Positions 24,601 to 36,800 of a stretch of DNA of 64,000 nucleotides are shown piece by piece. This DNA comes from Monocercomonoides exilis PA203. Taxonomy: Eukaryota; Protista; Preaxostyla. The notes below the pieces were generated by a model that was given only the letters and a program-made list of their open reading frames with translations, was not told the origin of the DNA and made no database searches. Each line of letters starts with the position of its first letter. Within the stretch, counting starts at the first letter, position 1. The stretch covers positions 186,001-250,000 of the forward strand of contig LSRY02000020.1 of NCBI GenBank assembly GCA_001643675.2. The letters are read 5' to 3'. Position numbers and translations under genes: made by a program.

Positions 24601-27600
24601 CGCAAGCACATCGCCAAGCGTGATAAAGGAAGTGGAGCTTCGAAGTGCCAAAAACATCGCCCCTCCCTTTCCGTTTGAACCAACACCAAACGGTGCTGAA
24701 CATTCTTCCATTCCACAATCTCTCACATTCACTGCACTTTCTCCACCAATGTTCACAGCCACAGCTCCTCCACACGCTGGTTCCCCAGAGACATGGCAAT
24801 TCTTCATTGTGCAGTTCAGTATCTCTGCTTCCCCACTCCCTTCACAGCTACTGTTTGCTTCACCAAAGCATATGCACGATCCATCTCCTGATGAGCGCGT
24901 GATATTGTCAAACGAAGAATTTGAAACCTCAACACTCTTGATGCATGTGGAGCACACAATGCCACCAGATGAAAACACAACATCCGAAAAGTCGCTGTAT
25001 TTCACAGCTGCTGCGCCTGAAGACGAGATGTGCACCAACCCAGCTGTGCTGCTTGTGGTTGTGCCGTTGAGCTGCATTTCGCTCACAGTGCAACTGCCCG
25101 ATCCTGAAACCTCCACCACCGCAGCTCCCTCAAATACAACATTGTTTTCTCTGGATACAACAAACCCCACAATCGTAAGAATTCCACTTGATACGCTAAT
25201 GAGAGAATAGTGCACGCGTGTTGTGTCAAGTGCCGTGCTCATCGAGCAGTCTTTCACTCTCAGCGATCCAGACGCGCAATGCAAAAAGGCTTTCTTCGCT
25301 CCAACTCTTCCACCAAGCTCAAATGTGAGGTTCGTAAACACAACCCCCACACTGCACATCACGAGCCCTGCTCCCCCTGCAGCATCCACAGATTCCACAT
25401 GCACTTTCACACTTCCCTTTGCATCTGCATCAATGTCAAACGATCTCGCATCCAACGCCAATTCGTGATCAAACGCAAACCCTTCACACAGCCGCAGCCT
25501 CCTGTCTGACTCTCCAAATCGCATCTGTACGGCTCCTTCCACACTCCTGCACGGATACTCCGCAAACCCACAGCCAGTGAAGTCTGCACCCCTCTCGTTG
25601 CCATTGCTCACATATGCCCGTGTTGAGCGATTCTCCCACAAATACACTACAACAGGAATCACAAACCTCTCGTTCGTTGTCGATCTCTCATACCCTTCCA
25701 CACAGTGCACATCGCTCATCTCAATCCCAAATGATATCAATCCGTTCTCCACTGCTTTCTTCATGTTGTATGCATTCACAAACACATCTCTTCCAGCAGA
25801 TGCAGAACATCCGGTAAATGTCATTCCATTCAATCTCGCATCCGCATTTCCATCTCCCAAGCGCAAATATATCCCTCCCCCAAATTTGTTTGCCAAACAT
25901 GCTCCGAATGCTACTCCTCCTGTTGGTGAAGATCCATTCCCAATAGCCACTTTTGCACCACTATCTGCCTCCACATACATCCCTCCTCCATTACCATTTG
26001 AACAGCTGCATGAGGAAAACGACATGTTCATCAACTCCACAGTCTCCCCTGCTTGCACTTTCACTTCCAGCACACCTCCATTCCCTGCTGTGCGTTTCAC
26101 CCCTGAAAACGACACTTCTGCAAAGTGAAGCTGAGCATCATGCACAAATGACAGCACAGGCTTCTCTGTCTTTATTTTCGAGAAGCACACTCTCTCAAGT
26201 TCCATTGATGCTCCGCTTGACAATATCTCAATCGGAGTGCATGCGAATGAAGAAACATCCCCAATAACAGACGAGATCGTCATTCCTGCCAGTACCAATT
26301 TCCCATCCCCAGCAACTCTGAAAAGAGAAGTGGAAGGCCACTTTCCTGAGGAATGGATAATGTCCACCCCTTCTGCACTCAACAATCCTTCAACAACATT
26401 GCAGAATACCTCAGCTGATGTGTTTGTTGTGATGGTCGGTCTGCTGCCTTGTTCTTGTGAAGGAAACTTTGCTTTCACCACAATATACTGCATGTCCACC
26501 TCAATGTGTCCAACTGTAAATCCTTCGCTGTGAAGCAGAATTTGTTGATTCAGCACCGATATCGAACGAGTCAGCGCATGGTCAACGGTTTTGCATTCGC
26601 TTCCTTCTCCTCCGCACGATGTCAGGTCTTTTCCTGCACCCTTCACATTGATCTCCACAGGAGAAGGATCAGGCAGCCAATCTGCCTCATTGTTAGCACT
26701 GCTGCACGATCCTGATTTGGGGCAATGAATAAATCGAGGTTGTTGACTCGAAGAAAAACAACTCACAAATTGGCTTTTGTTCACTTTATCACCCATGGCT
26801 GGAACTGAATGTACATCATTTCCATTTGGTGATGTATTGTTTCGAAAAAGCAAAAACTTCCAATTCATTGATGAGTTTTCAACGCTGCCAAACAATGATA
26901 TGGCTCCAGCAGTTTTGATGGAAATCAAATGCTCAAAAAGCGTATCCACAATGTAAAACTCCGCCAATGGATAGGGAATACCTAAAGCTCCCGCATCTGA
27001 CGAATTGCAACGACAACACGAAAAAGTGCAGTTGGATAAAAGATTATCAATTGGCGACTTTTCACTATTCATTGCTCCAAAATGCTTTCCAGCAGACAAA
27101 TTCACAAATACGCAGTCTTTTGTAACGATTCGATTTCCATACCAAAGAGATAATGCTCCGTCTGCCCAATATGCATTGCATTCAGTGAAATCACTCGCGT
27201 TGATGATACTCACAGAAAATGAGTCGCAATAAACTGCACCGCCTCTGTTAGAAGAGTAGCATCCTTTGAACGTACATCGATTAACATATAAAGATCCGCC
27301 TCTGGAAACATAAATTGCACCTCCGTTCTCTTCAGATTCAAATGTGAACAACGAATCGTTAAATGTGCACGATCTTTCAGAATAATTCGCGCGCGACTGA
27401 TAGGAAGGTCTTGTATCGTTACTGAGTCCTCTTGAGCACGACTAAAATGAGCAGTTGTTACACAAAAGGTTATTGAGAGGAGCATTGATAGATTCAAAAA
27501 TACCTCCATCATAGACATTCAAACCCCTTGCAAACATGCAGTTACTCACTAATATCTCTCTTGGACCGAATTGTTTGATATCTGAACGTATGTGAGTAGA

Positions 27601-28203
27601 TGTTGTAATGTTGATAAAAGTTGATTGACAGACGCTTGAGAAAGATAAAGGTGCAGAAGAAATTAAGGGAGTCAAACTTAGTTTGAAAGATTGGATTAAA
27701 GATAATGATAGCTCGAAGAGCACGATCTGTGAAGATGCAGTTGCAAAATCCTGTGAAACAAGAGTAGAAAGAGCTCTGGAGCAAGAAGGATTCAAAAATG
27801 AAACATTGACCAGGTGAATAGCACCATTGCCGCAGCTGAATGGACTGATTATGCCCAATGAGTTGCATTCAATGGAGCTTGTTGAAACATGTAAATCAGA
27901 GCTTAAAATGTGAAACAGAGAACAATTATCATCAGAAGTACAAAATTCAATGCTGAAGGCAAATACTGAACTGTTTTCCATTTGACAGGTTGATAAGCAT
28001 GAAACAGTTGTTTTTGCAGATGGAAATTGCTGAAAAATGTATTTTAGTTTTGAAAAGTTGAAATCATCCACTTTGCTTCTCTCTGAGTCGATTATCTCCA
28101 GATAACGAGAACTAAAGTGACCAAAACACATCAAAAGAATACAATTCATTGTCAGCATAACCATTGTCTGAATTGCTTTCTTTGGCGAAATGATCGTACC
28201 CAT
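15700..28203 (-). CDS. Giant receptor-like protein (~4167 codons): repeated Cys-rich beta-helix modules, one TM helix, C-terminal TKL-like pseudokinase; one in-frame TAG at 27442-27444
   Basis: ORFs 27442-28203 and 15700-27351 share a frame and the gap is open (SCSRGLSND...DSLFTFE). It has 8 GxDxxxCG...PC-type modules, many GGA/GGG + FxxC/FxxN motifs, TM WAVIIAVIFVVLFVIVLLVAVSFI (~16970-17040), and kinase C-lobe motifs RWKAPE, VFSIGMMLWE, VPF, ENRP. Confidence 0.88.
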
Positions 28204-29821
28204 TCCTGTGTGCGAAATCGCCCGTAATGATAAAATTTTGAATCCTATTTGACTTTTCGGAATTGAGGAAGAGTTGTAATTGCATCAAAAAGAAATGTAA
28301 TAAAAATGCGCCTTTCATAAATACAGTTTTCCTTTCAGTCTTTCATGGAGAAAAGTCAACCTCATATTCATTTTATTTTTAATGATATTCAATATTGTCA
28401 AAATTCTATAAAATATGTTGCAAAAGCAGTTGTTTCTCAATCATAATTCCCTCTTATTTTCAGGAGGCTTTCTCTTTACATTTTTTCAGATTTTTTTAAA
28501 TCATAATTTCTTTTCTTCTTCATCATCTTTTTCATAATCATCCCATGAATACCACAGATATTTTCTTTCAATTAAAATTTTGTTGTGCTTCTTGATTTCT
28601 TCCTGCTTTCCGCATCCTCATTTTTCTGTTTCATTTCCTTTCGTTTTCATTTTAAGCACATTGATAAAGATATATATTGATTTTGACCGTTAATAAACAG
28701 CCAAATATATCGAAAACTTATACTCAAAGTATTCCTCCGCTTGCATGCATTCAAAAAAAAACTCATTTTTTGTAAAATAAGTGTTCTTCTTTTCTTTCGA
28801 TAAGGAAATTTGTCTCATCTTTTTTTTCAATCTCTTCTTTCTTGTTTGTAAAGGAGTAGAATTAATCTGATTTGCACAAGAAGAGAGCATGCATATGAAG
28901 TTTAAAAGATATGTTGGTACAAACATTTGTCAAACAGGAAAGGGTTAGTCGCAGACTATTTAAAAAAAAATAAAAACGAATTAAAAAATATGAAATTTTT
29001 TTTGAAAAAGAAAGTGAAGGAAAAGAATTGATAAAACCTCCCATTTTCACAGATATTTCATAGCGTTACGACTTTTACAATAAACTAGCTGAAAACAAGA
29101 AGAATCTGTTCAAACCAGTCTGATCGAGTGGATCAATTGCCAAAAAATGAAGTACTGAAAGGAATTTGAGCAAATGATACAGTCCTTATTGTCATTTTTT
29201 CTTATTGAGAAATTATCAACACAACGATGTGTTACAGAAATTTCCAAATATTGCGGAAATAAAGTGATCTATTTATTCAAGAAAGGAAACAGAAAAATTA
29301 TTCTGAAAAAGATACCTAAATTTTAATCAAATGAAATTGCAGATTTTCTGGAAAAGCAAACTGATTATTCCTGCTGAAAATTTAGAAGTCCCAGCACTCA
29401 GGGCAACGGCCGTTTCCTTTGAAAAGTATCTGAATTAAATTCTTGGGTTAAATCTTTGTTAGTACTGTCTTTGCAGGGTTCTTCAATATTATCGAAATTC
29501 CAAATAACTTTCGCTAAATTTTGCATTAACTTGCATAACAACATAGACTCGTCAAGCACTTTGCATTTAAGTAAATTGAAAAATTATTCTGATCCAAGTT
29601 GCGGATGAAGTTTAAAGGATTAAAGGAAAACTCAAAAATCTGATGAACTCCATTCTAATAATTTGCTTTATTCTCCATCTTCTTTTTGTGCTTAATTTCA
29701 TCTTTCATACAAAAAGATTTCATTTCTCTTTTCTGCAATAGATTCACTTTGAAACAATAACTTCTTTCAATAAAGCATTATTCCAGCAAGAAATTTTCGA
29801 AGCATTCAACAGCTGTGCCTC

Positions 29822-30006
29822 ATATGGGTCAGAATTCTGCATTTATGAAAAAATCCATGATTTGTTCCATACAATTTCTGCATCGAATAATTGTAATTCT
29901 TGCATTCTCATGCAAAATAAAATATTGAAATATTAAAAAGTTGAGGAAAATATTTGAAAGTATTGTGTGGAACAAAATTTTTAAAGCAATAAATTTCGTC
30001 CCATAT
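29822..30006 (+). mobile_element. ~185-bp dispersed MITE-like repeat with imperfect TIRs (ATATGGG...CCCATAT)
   Basis: Close match to 56279-56310 and 56492-56640; ends are imperfect inverted repeats (ATGGG...TTTGTTCCA / TGGAACAAA...CCCAT). Confidence 0.6.
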
Positions 30007-30083
30007 CTCTTTTTCAGACAATCCAAAATCATCAAAGAATGTCACATTGAAATAAAAAACTTGTTATTAAAGCATTTATCATA

Positions 30084-30271
30084 AATGGGACGAAATTTTA
30101 TGCTTATTGAATGTTGTTCCATACAATGGTTGGTAATTTTATTCAAAATTATTTTGTTATTCAGTTTTTTTAAAAAAAAAAAAGAAAATGAAAACTTACA
30201 ATAAAATTATCAGAAGAATTTTGGTACAAATCTTTAATTTTTTTCATAAATGCAAGAATTATGTACCAAAT
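30084..30271 (-). mobile_element. Second, inverted and more diverged copy of the ~185-bp element
   Basis: Begins AATGGGACGAAATTTT...TTGTTCCA and ends TTTTCATAAATGCAAGAATT..., the reverse complements of the ends of 29822-30006. Confidence 0.55.
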
Positions 30272-30891
30272 GAAAATGGGAATTGCATTGTTCGAAAAAC
30301 TTCTTGGTTTTTGTTAAAAAAAAAAAAGATTTTTTTATAAAATTTAATAATTGAAAATGTGAACAATGGAACAAAATATTGAACGCTCTTTTAGTTAAAA
30401 AACATTTCAGAAACAAGGTTCAAATAAAACAAATAAAAAAAAGAACGCAAAAACAATTCAATCGTGAAAAATTAAAAGAAGAAAGAAAGACTGATACAAA
30501 ATCAGAAATATGTTCAGCGAACTGTTGTGATACTGGAAATCAATCATTACGCATTGTACAGGACTCGCATCTTTTAAAATGCTTGCTAAATTTAGAACTC
30601 TTAACTTTTTACTGAATCAATGGTTAAATAACGTGGTTATGCTTTAAATAATCAGTTCGAGAAATAATTAAAGAATAAGATATAAAGCAATCATTGAAAA
30701 AATATATATAAATAAAATTCAGAAAAATGCAAAGTATTAAGGATCAAAGAAAAATATACAGAGATAAAGAGAGATTAGACAACTTGGCAAATAAGGATAC
30801 ATAAAGAAATTATAACAAGAAATTGAATAAATAAGCAATATTTCTTGAACACATCCAAATTTTCGCTTTGATAGAATTTATCAATGATGGT

Positions 30892-33800
30892 TTACAATTC
30901 TTCATCTCCACTTGCAAAGAGCGAATTCTCAACTCTCTTCGCTTCGCTCTCAACCTCTTCTTCCAAAGCCACCATTCTGTGGCGCATTCGTCCAAACTCT
31001 GATAGCCAGCTCACTCCCATCTCTTTGGTGTCGATCACAGAGTTCCACGCCACTTTTCTGAGCTGTTCGTATTTTGATTTGTCTTCGTAGCAAAGAACAG
31101 CACGGCGAACTGCATCCTTCAGATCGATTTCGGTGTAACCTTCGAAGGTGAATCCATTCGATGTTTCTGGATTACCCGTCTCAAACACGGTGTCCTTCAG
31201 CCCACCAGTGCGGAATGCCACCACAGGAGTGCCGCTGACAAAGAACTCCATTTGCACAATTCCTCCTGGTTCAAACAGCGAAGGCATAAGCCCATAATCA
31301 CATCCCAGGTTAACAAGTGGCCCATCCACAAAGAACTCATTTGGATCAGCCCAGAATGAGTCCGGATATCGACGACGCAACTCCCACATTTCCCTCTGGC
31401 ATGCATCGCCATAAGGATCGCCTGGTGTAGACTTTCCGCCAATTATAAACTGAATGCGTCCTCCCAAATCTTCGATGAGCCCATAGCAGCAGTGCAGAAT
31501 GAGCAGCACTCCTTTCTGTTCAGTCAGCCTTCCGACAAATCCAAACACAGGAATTCTCTCATCGACTGCCTTCGGGAAGTACTTTTCTTGTAATCTTCTC
31601 TTTGCTTCAAGGTGGTTCATTGTTCCCACAACCTTTGCAAGCGTTTCTCTTCTCTGTTCCTTCCGAACACCATTTGATGTTCCAAACGCACGATGGAACT
31701 TGCGCAGTAATGGAGACAATGACGAGCCTGCCAGAAGATCATTACGGTATGTCTTACTCACAGTTCCCCAGTTGTCTGTGCACATGAAGGCAGCACGAGA
31801 TAAATTCAGCACGTTCTGCGAGCCAAATGGATCCACAAGGATGTCTTGTTCAAGATGATGAATGTAGTTAAGAGCTCCTTTCTCTCTGTTAGGCCATATG
31901 CGCCCTTGGTAATCCTCCTCCAGATTGTGCGCAATGTGGAAGAACGAGGTGTGTGAGAAGACCGTTCCAAATGCGCCTGAGCGATGAGCATAAGCGGCAC
32001 AAAGTCCAGCAAACCAGTCGTTCGTCACAACAAGTGATGGAAGCACAGGAAACTGGCAGCAAAGCTCCAGTGCTCCTTTGGCCATCAGCACGCAAGTACG
32101 CAGACGGTCTTCGGCTCCCTGGTTGCAATATGCCTCTGGAAACAGCGAGTAGTTGTGGATAAAGTAGAGTTTCACTCCCTTCACTTCGTTGTAGTGAACA
32201 CCACATTCAACTTTCTCGTGGCCCACATATGTGATGATGTTCTTCAGATGGCGGAACCCATCTGCAGCAAGATATCCTGTGCGTCCCTTTCGATCGACGT
32301 TGTAATATGGTGAAATTACACTAACATCAGCTCCATTAGCAGCAAGATCCTAATTATTTGAGGGAGATGATATTGAAATTATGAATAAAAATAAAAAATG
32401 ATTGAATGAATGAAATATGGTTGCAAAGTGAATTAAAGCACAAGTGTATCAAACCTGAGTCAGTTCATCAACCATCACGCCCAAACCGCCAACGGTTGTC
32501 CACTTTCCGAGTTCTGGCCCAACAAACACAATTGGTCCAATAGAATTGAAGCGGAGGATGCTTGCAGACAATGCAGACACAAACGAGTGCGACTTGTCGG
32601 CTTCAAAAGAGCTGAAAAGAGGAGCAGTTGGATTTGTAGAAGAAGCAGATTCTCCTTGCGGCTCCTCATTCTTTTGCTGGTGATGCTCATTCAAAATGCT
32701 TGGATTTTCAATCTTCAGATGCTTTTTGATCGCTTTTGCAAATCGGTCGCGTTGTGCCAGTGTAGTCTGCGTTGATCCTCTTAACACTTTGAGGAACGCA
32801 AGAATACGCGTTCTCAAAGCACGCTTGCTTTTATCATCTGCCTCATTTTCGCACATCAGCCAAAGGAAGCTCTGCAAAGTTCCACTCGTACGCTCAGCAG
32901 CCCAATCGCGGCAACGCTGTTCAATCGATGGTTTTTCAGGAACCAGTGTTGACGAAGATGCTGATGATTTTTCTTTTTCTTCAGCTGGATTTAAAGTTTT
33001 GTCTCTGAGTGTTAATGAATCAATGGGCATAGTAGAAGCTGAACTTGGAAGTGGTGCAGGGATCGATGAAAAAGAATGAGAAGTTTGTTGAGTGAATGGC
33101 TTGATTTCAATGCCCATCTCTTTCATGATTCGCATTCTGATCTCTTTCTCCTCAATTGTCGGAGGCAGCACCGACTGTGCATTCGCATTGCTGATGTTTC
33201 GCACAAAACGACTGTCGAGCCTTCCACCGTCTGGCCAATCAACCGATTCAGTGGCTGCTTTGCGTTTCAGCTGGTTCTCATCAAATGCAATCATCGCATC
33301 AGCAACATCGCTGAACTGTAGTGCTGTTGGGGATGAAAGCATCTTCGGAATAGCAATCCCCACAACATCAGATGGGGACAAAGCAGGCTCAGAATGAGGA
33401 ATAGCGTAAACAACCTCACCAACAATTTTGGCTCCTTTCTTGCCATCGTTGCGTCCAGCTCCTTCTCCGTTGCTCTGATAATCAGTTGCACCAGGATTTA
33501 TTGTGGTTGTTAGGTTCAAACGCACTCTCTTTTCCATCTCATTCACTGCCTGTCTTGCTTGAGCATCGAATATGACAGCCAGTTTGGATCCGATTGAGAA
33601 CAGAGCATGAGCAAAATGCCTGATATCGCCTGTGGTGCGGCGCAGAGTGCGCAGAATGAAGTTAAACCGAGACCTCGCAGCGTCTTCGTCTGTGTTGTAG
33701 TAAAAGAGATCCACGATGCGCTCAACAGATTGCTGCAAGCACAGCATTTCCAATCCCATTGAACGTGGATGCAAAGTGACAGAAAACAGCTGAGTAGTTT

Positions 33801-36800
33801 GTGCATGGATGGAGTGATACAAGGGATCATGCAAAAATTCCGTAAGAAAAACAAAGCGGGGAGCTGGGTCTTGTGTTGGAAGAAGAGACAGAGAAGCGTC
33901 TGGAGTGGAAGCATCGTTGGCTGCTTTGCCCTGCGAGGTGTGCCAAGACTCATTCAGCATGTTGCTGACATCTCTCAGCTGCACCACAACTTGCTTTTCT
34001 CTCTCAAACTCTTCGTTTTCTGCTTCTTCCTTTTCAGCGTCTGTTCTCTCAACAACGCGACCAGCAAGAATGCCCACACCTCCAGCAGCAGTAGCCGCAG
34101 CAGCTGCCGAAGACGATGAGGCGGACTGGTTGATTGTGTATCGCCCTCCTCTGCGAGCAGACGGCTTGTCCTTCACAAACAGCGGACGAAGTGGCGAGAA
34201 GTCGATAAATGCAAATGCGTCGTTGGACATCTGCGACGAAAGAGCAACAAGAATACGCGAATTCGGTGACGACGCAAGGCGCATTGTTTGTGATAACGGG
34301 CTTTCACCTGGCTTCGCCACTGATTCACTTGTGTTCTTCGCTTTTCCTTCTCCTTTGCTGTCCTTGTTTGCGAATTCGTCATTCTTTTTCTCAAATTCAT
34401 TGATGCTTCCACTGCTTCTTCCATACAGCCATCCGTACAACTCTTCCTTTGATCCCATGCAGCGAAGCGTTCTTGCTTCAACGCGTCTGTTGTGTCTAAC
34501 CACAGCAAATATCTTGTCATGAGGACCGTATTGATGATATGCTGACAAGAATGACACAGAACCAGTTGAAAGAATTGGGAATCGACGTCTGAGAAGCAAA
34601 GTGGCATAGAAGCGAGCAAGAACATGGTGGAATTGGGGCGTCGCGTAATGCTTCGTTCTCAAATGCATCCAAGGCTTAGCTTTGTCTGATCGATTGCTGG
34701 TTGTGTAAGGTGTGATCTGTGCTGTCTGCTGCAGAGGTGTTGTTTGCATCAGAGTTGAATTGGCCATCGACGGAGAAGTCGTTGACCCAAATGTCGGAGC
34801 TGCTGACTGGCTGGAGAATGAAGATGCTCCAGATGACATCGAAACGATCGACGAGTTCTGTTGGCTGCCAGCTCCAGAAGAACCAGGCAATTGGGCTGAT
34901 GTCGCAGAGCTGGCAGCAGCGAGGCCTGGCTGGATGCGGGAGATGAAGAAGCCAGGAGCAGTCACAGCCAGAAGAGTCAGCGCAGCATCGAGTGCAGCAC
35001 AAGAGGCGTCCGGATGAAGGAAGAAGTCAGCAGAGTTAATGAAATTGGCAAAGAATGAAGGGAATGATAGCGCATCGACTGGATGAATAAGGAACAGAGG
35101 AGACGAAGGCAGAAGATGCTGCAAAGTTTGCAGATAGAGCTGTAACCGACGAAGAGGTGTATCAACAGGAACTTAGCAAAGAATTGTTTACAAAAAGGAG
35201 ACATGAATATTATTAAATAAGAAATGGTTATTAAATAGGAATAAAAATAAATAGAAGTTTGTATAATTAAGCATAGAAAAAAAACAAAAAAACAGCCAAA
35301 CCATTCTTAACTTCTCTGCGCCTCTTGTTGCGTTTGTAGATTGACACGTGAGGCTTCTTCTGTGTGACAGATGTGATGTACTCTTGCGACGTAGATGGAG
35401 ACGATGGCGAAATAGGTGGACCGTAAAATGCCTGAAACTGCTGTTTTTCCTTCTCCCTCAGTCTTTCTATTTCTTTTGCAGCCTCTCTTTCTCTCTGCTT
35501 ACGAAGTGCTTCTTCTTCTTCGCGTCTTTTCCTTCTCTCCACTTCAATTGGAAGTTCTTCATCGTCTTCTCTTCGTCTGTCTCCATGTGACACAGCATCG
35601 TCGCTCGGTGACAGCTGAGATCTCGAACCACTTCCAGAATGAGACTGCGAAGAAGAAAAGCTTGTAGAATCAGAGGAATGTGGAGAGGATGAAGAGAATG
35701 AAGGAAGGTTTGAGCGCGCAGTTGCTCGAGTGTCAACATATTCATCCTCATCTTCAGACAACTCTTCTTCGTTCGTTCGAGACTTTGAACTGGATGCTGT
35801 TTCATAAAATGTAATTTGAAAATCAGATCGGAAAATGTGAAGTTAAAAAATTAAAAGTGAAATAAAACAGCACATAATAATGATAAAAATAAAATAATAT
35901 CTTTTTAAAAAAACATAAATTGTAATAATATGCAAACATCTGAGAATTCCTGATTCGTTGCTTGAAGCAGCTGATATTGTTGGCAATGTCGGAATGTTGC
36001 CACTTGCCGCAGCTTTTGCAAGCGCTTTAGTCCATGGATCCTCCTTTTCCTTTGAATCCACAAGAAAGACATCAAACAGCAGCTCAATCAGCCTGGACAG
36101 TGTCTGTGTGAGTGGCAGAACGCCAGACGACAAAAGTGCAGCGTTGATGAGCGTTGATTGAAGGTCTACACAGTTCTCCAGTGGAGCCTTTGTTGCACAT
36201 TCTTCTGCGAGTGTGCTGAAGTATGGCGAAGTTGCCAGTGCCGTGTTAGCTACAGACGCAGGCGATGTAGCTGGATCCTTTTCGTCTGACGTAATATCCG
36301 CAACAAACATAAATGTTGGATCATCCAGCCACACTCTTTTAGCCAATTTCACAAAGAATGGATGCGCTGGTACTCCAATCACTTCATCGCTGCCTTCAGC
36401 CAATCCAAACTGCTTTGCTTTCGCCTTTGTAATGTCGCCCTGTGTTGCACCTGCCTTCATCGCACCAGACAGAACAAGAAGATGTGTCCAGAAGCCGAGC
36501 GTGTCAGTTCGAGGAATGGAAGAAATGCTGGAAGGAGCAAGCGGAGGCAAAAGCGATGTCGGAGCAGTAAATGGAGTCGTAACAAGTTTCTTATCAGCTT
36601 CCACAAAATGAATCTTCTGCGGATCTCCAAACGGAACAGTCGCATTTATGTCCAGCTCAAACAGCTCTTTTTCAGCCGCTTCGAACTGCGCAGCTGTCAA
36701 TGCTTTTGAATTGATCTTTTCATTTTTCTCGTTCGAGCGCAGAGAAGATGGAGCGATTGTTGAAGCTTCACTTTCATTTAAAACTGATTTTGAAGCATTA

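Noticed and set aside
27210-27518. Frameshift bridge ORF or tiny intron explaining the break in the giant gene
   Set aside because: Upstream and downstream ORFs are already in the same frame. The nearest GT...TAG would be 20-22 nt, not frame-preserving, and would delete a family-type motif.
28320-29820. Possible gene or transposase remnant in the AT-rich interval
   Set aside because: No sustained frame or recognisable motif on either strand.
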